Shown here one piece after another: positions 61,740-64,000 of a stretch of 64,000 nucleotides of DNA; the first letter of the stretch is position 1; each line of letters opens with the position of its first letter. The position numbers and the translations under genes are program-made. The notes beneath the pieces were generated by a model. It made no database searches. It saw nothing but the letters and a program-made list of their open reading frames with translations, and was not told the origin of the DNA. Source of the DNA: a virus; the IMG/VR virus record IMGVR_UViG_3300032053_000043, positions 1 to 64,000 of that record, one strand, 5' to 3'.

Positions 61740-63449
61740 ATGACGAAAGCAGGAGCAAGTGAAAGAGCGTTGAAGGCGGCGGAGGAAGTGAGGTCGCTCG
61801 CCATGGACTATTTCGGTTACGCCACGGCGACTGGCGACACGAATGAGGTATACCAGAAATTCCCGGTAACAGGGGTGGCCGCAATCATCGACGCGGAGTT
61901 CCCCGCTGGCGATAGGCGGAAAGGTGAACGCCGCGAAGGTTCATCGTCGGGAACGGATAAAGACTATTGCCTTGCTGATGGTTCCTACCGCCGCAAGTCC
62001 GAGCGTCGCAAGAACACCACCGAGCAGGATGGGCAGGCGATTGGAACTCCCGGTGAAGTACCACCGCCACCACCCACTCCGGCGGAGATTGCACGGGAGA
62101 TTGTTGATCCATTCCATCACGACAACTTCAGTTCGACTGGAGACCGTGTAGTGCGTGAAATCACCGCCGCCATTCCACTCCAGTCGGAGCGGGAGAGGCA
62201 GGCAGACCACGCTGAAGATGCACGATACTACCAGCGGTGCAACACGGATCAGGCGTTCCGCATCGTGGAACTGGAGCGGCAGTTGGCTGATCTCCTCCAG
62301 TATGTTACGAACTGCGCCAACATTTTACCTGGAAGTGGTATACTTGCCGTGAAGATTAAGCGAGTTATGGACGACCTTGACAAGCACCAGCAAGAAGTTG
62401 CGGAACTGAAGCTGCAGAACGCACAGAACGTCGGCATCATTCGTAACTTGACCGAGCAATCCCGAGGCCGCTGGCGGGTTCATCCCGACGAAGACGGTGA
62501 AGCCGGTGAGACATGGGCTGCTGCCTTTGCTGATTGTGATATGCAGCGCATGGAACTGGAGCGGCAGTTAGCTGAACAGCTAACGGCAAACGACCTGATA
62601 AATGAGCAATACGATGCCGCGTTGGACGTCGTGATCGAGCAGCAAAACCGCGCCAAGGTTGTAGAGGCACAACTTTCCCCCTCGCCCTGCGGCGTCAAGG
62701 GCCATTGCAAGGTGGATTGGACGGAGAGGCGGGCAGGTGAGAGGCGCGGAAACGCGGTTCCTGGCATCGAGGATCGTCGTAAGTATGGATCAGGTGGATC
62801 GTGGTTGGAGCGTCGCATCACCAACTCCGGCGGTTACTGTGTGCGCTGCGGGGAAGCGGAGGAGGCTAAACTAGAAGCCATACGCCATGTTGCAACTGGC
62901 TGCGGTCTTGCTTGTCGGCCACGCACTAACCTGGATGACCTTGTGACTGCGATCAAACACGAAACGGGGCGGGCCGTCACCGAAGCCCTCGAAGAATGCT
63001 GCATGGTCCTCTGTACCCATTGCCATTGCCTTTGCTGCGGACCAGAACCAGGCAATGCGGAAGTGAAACCTGCCGTGTTAATAGAGGGCGGGTGGTGGCA
63101 CCCGGTAATCTGGTTGCCAAGCGGGGGAGCGGATCGTGTGCGCTGCGGAGCAGCCGCCATTCGTGGGTCGGTGCAAAGCCTGCGCGAATGGTACGCATGT
63201 CGCATCACCGACTCCGGCGGTTACTGCAGGAGATGTAAAGAAATCAATAGGGCCTGTGCAGAAGCAGAACTATCCGAAGCGGAAAGGCAAGGAGAGAGAA
63301 TCGAGAAGGCCGTCACCGACGCCCTTGATGCGGCTGTGGTACGGTTTGAGTTCGTGGCACTCGAATACTGCGAACGCTGGAAAGTGATGCCGAAGCAGTT
63401 CATTGATAAGGGGACGGCCGCCATTCGCGGGAAGGCGGTGAAGGGATGA
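61740..63449 (+). CDS. Mosaic Ea22-like early protein (paralog of 933-2453)
   Basis: Shared blocks AAIIDAEFP, GTPGEVPPPPPTPAEIARE, CGVKGHCKVD, TNSGGYC, AVTDAL..AVV.FEFVALEYC; AAGGAG RBS. Confidence 0.75.
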   Translation: MTKAGASERALKAAEEVRSLAMDYFGYATATGDTNEVYQKFPVTGVAAIIDAEFPAGDRRKGERREGSSSGTDKDYCLADGSYRRKSERRKNTTEQDGQAIGTPGEVPPPPPTPAEIAREIVDPFHHDNFSSTGDRVVREITAAIPLQSERERQADHAEDARYYQRCNTDQAFRIVELERQLADLLQYVTNCANILPGSGILAVKIKRVMDDLDKHQQEVAELKLQNAQNVGIIRNLTEQSRGRWRVHPDEDGEAGETWAAAFADCDMQRMELERQLAEQLTANDLINEQYDAALDVVIEQQNRAKVVEAQLSPSPCGVKGHCKVDWTERRAGERRGNAVPGIEDRRKYGSGGSWLERRITNSGGYCVRCGEAEEAKLEAIRHVATGCGLACRPRTNLDDLVTAIKHETGRAVTEALEECCMVLCTHCHCLCCGPEPGNAEVKPAVLIEGGWWHPVIWLPSGGADRVRCGAAAIRGSVQSLREWYACRITDSGGYCRRCKEINRACAEAELSEAERQGERIEKAVTDALDAAVVRFEFVALEYCERWKVMPKQFIDKGTAAIRGKAVKG

Positions 63450-63558
63450 GCGGCCTGATTCTCACACTGGCGATTGTAGCGATATACTTCAGCATCTTCC
63501 GCTACAAGCTGGAACGTCACAATGATAAGACCATTGAGTGGCTGAAGAAGGAGAAACC

Positions 63559-63864
63559 ATGACCAGACGAGGAGCAGTTGCGTTACTGGCGGTTGTTGCC
63601 GGTATTACATCAAAGTTGGCCGCTTCACAGGTACTCGCTACTTTCAAGGGCGTTGTCACCAAGAAGAAAGAAGCCGCGTACCAAGCATGTCTTGCCAAAC
63701 ACGAGAAACAGAATACCATCGCTTTCGAATGTACGCCACCCGACCTCGACGCGCCTTATTGGTGCGAGATCAACGCCGATAACTGGGGCGGCATTCGCAT
63801 CGTCTCCGGCAAGGAAACCATTGAGATCACAATGGCGGAAGTGATGGAGGCGCTGAAACTGTAG
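63559..63864 (+). CDS. Hypothetical exported protein (TRR / signal-like N-terminus)
   Basis: AAGGAG RBS; MTRRGAVALLAVVAG. Confidence 0.5.
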   Translation: MTRRGAVALLAVVAGITSKLAASQVLATFKGVVTKKKEAAYQACLAKHEKQNTIAFECTPPDLDAPYWCEINADNWGGIRIVSGKETIEITMAEVMEALKL

Positions 63865-64000
63865 TTCATCCTGGAGTGAAAGGAGCACCATGAAAGAAGA
63901 GTCGGGGTGTCCAACAAGAGAATCACAGGTCCAACAAGCTCTCGCGGCCCTCGAACAAGTTATAGGAGACTTGAAAACCAGGCCAGAACTTCTAGGCGGG

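Larger units (their letters stand above)
1..64000. mobile_element. Tailed phage / prophage sequence, temperate, podovirus-like; probably a mosaic of two related phages
   Basis: Terminase, portal, capsid, adaptor, tail, lysis, integrase and phage early genes throughout; no tape-measure or sheath gene recognised; no host core genes. Confidence 0.95.

Noticed and set aside
1747-62173. Terminal repeats, att sites or a DGR template/variable pair
   Set aside because: The repeats are internal blocks of two coding paralogs; there is no reverse transcriptase and no tRNA or host junction in the window

Overview
The whole window is tailed-phage or prophage DNA (podovirus-like, temperate), with no host housekeeping genes. 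It has three parts. (1) 1-9.7 kb, + strand, GC-rich early/accessory operon: RusA, a MazG/DUF550 mosaic protein, Mu Gam-like protein, a C5 DNA methyltransferase with an overlapping second reading frame, a RAMP/Cas7-like gene and a tyrosine integrase. (2) 9.7-48.3 kb, - strand morphogenesis run with one head module (terminase, portal, scaffold, major capsid) but two adaptor/tail-tube sets and two lysis cassettes. Codon usage switches abruptly at about 28.6 kb inside a tail-fibre gene, so this is either a hybrid of two related phages or a chimeric assembly. (3) 48.4-64 kb, + strand early region: sigma70-type promoters, palindromic operator-like sites, structured intergenic RNAs, J-domain/vWA/FtsK genes, and a PD-(D/E)XK nuclease + AAA ATPase + SSB-like recombination module. 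The standout is 6070-7326. A 483-nt non-coding array of 13 AGCGGC delimiters separates 12 units built from 5-nt blocks (NN-NRY; unit lengths 5n+2) and sits directly upstream of a lone RAMP (Cas7-like) gene, with no other cas genes or CRISPR array. This looks like a phage RNA-guided system using a gapped dinucleotide code. It is VIPR-like as I recall that architecture, but with an NAY/NRY scaffold instead of GGY. All functional calls come from motif recognition by eye; no database searches were run.
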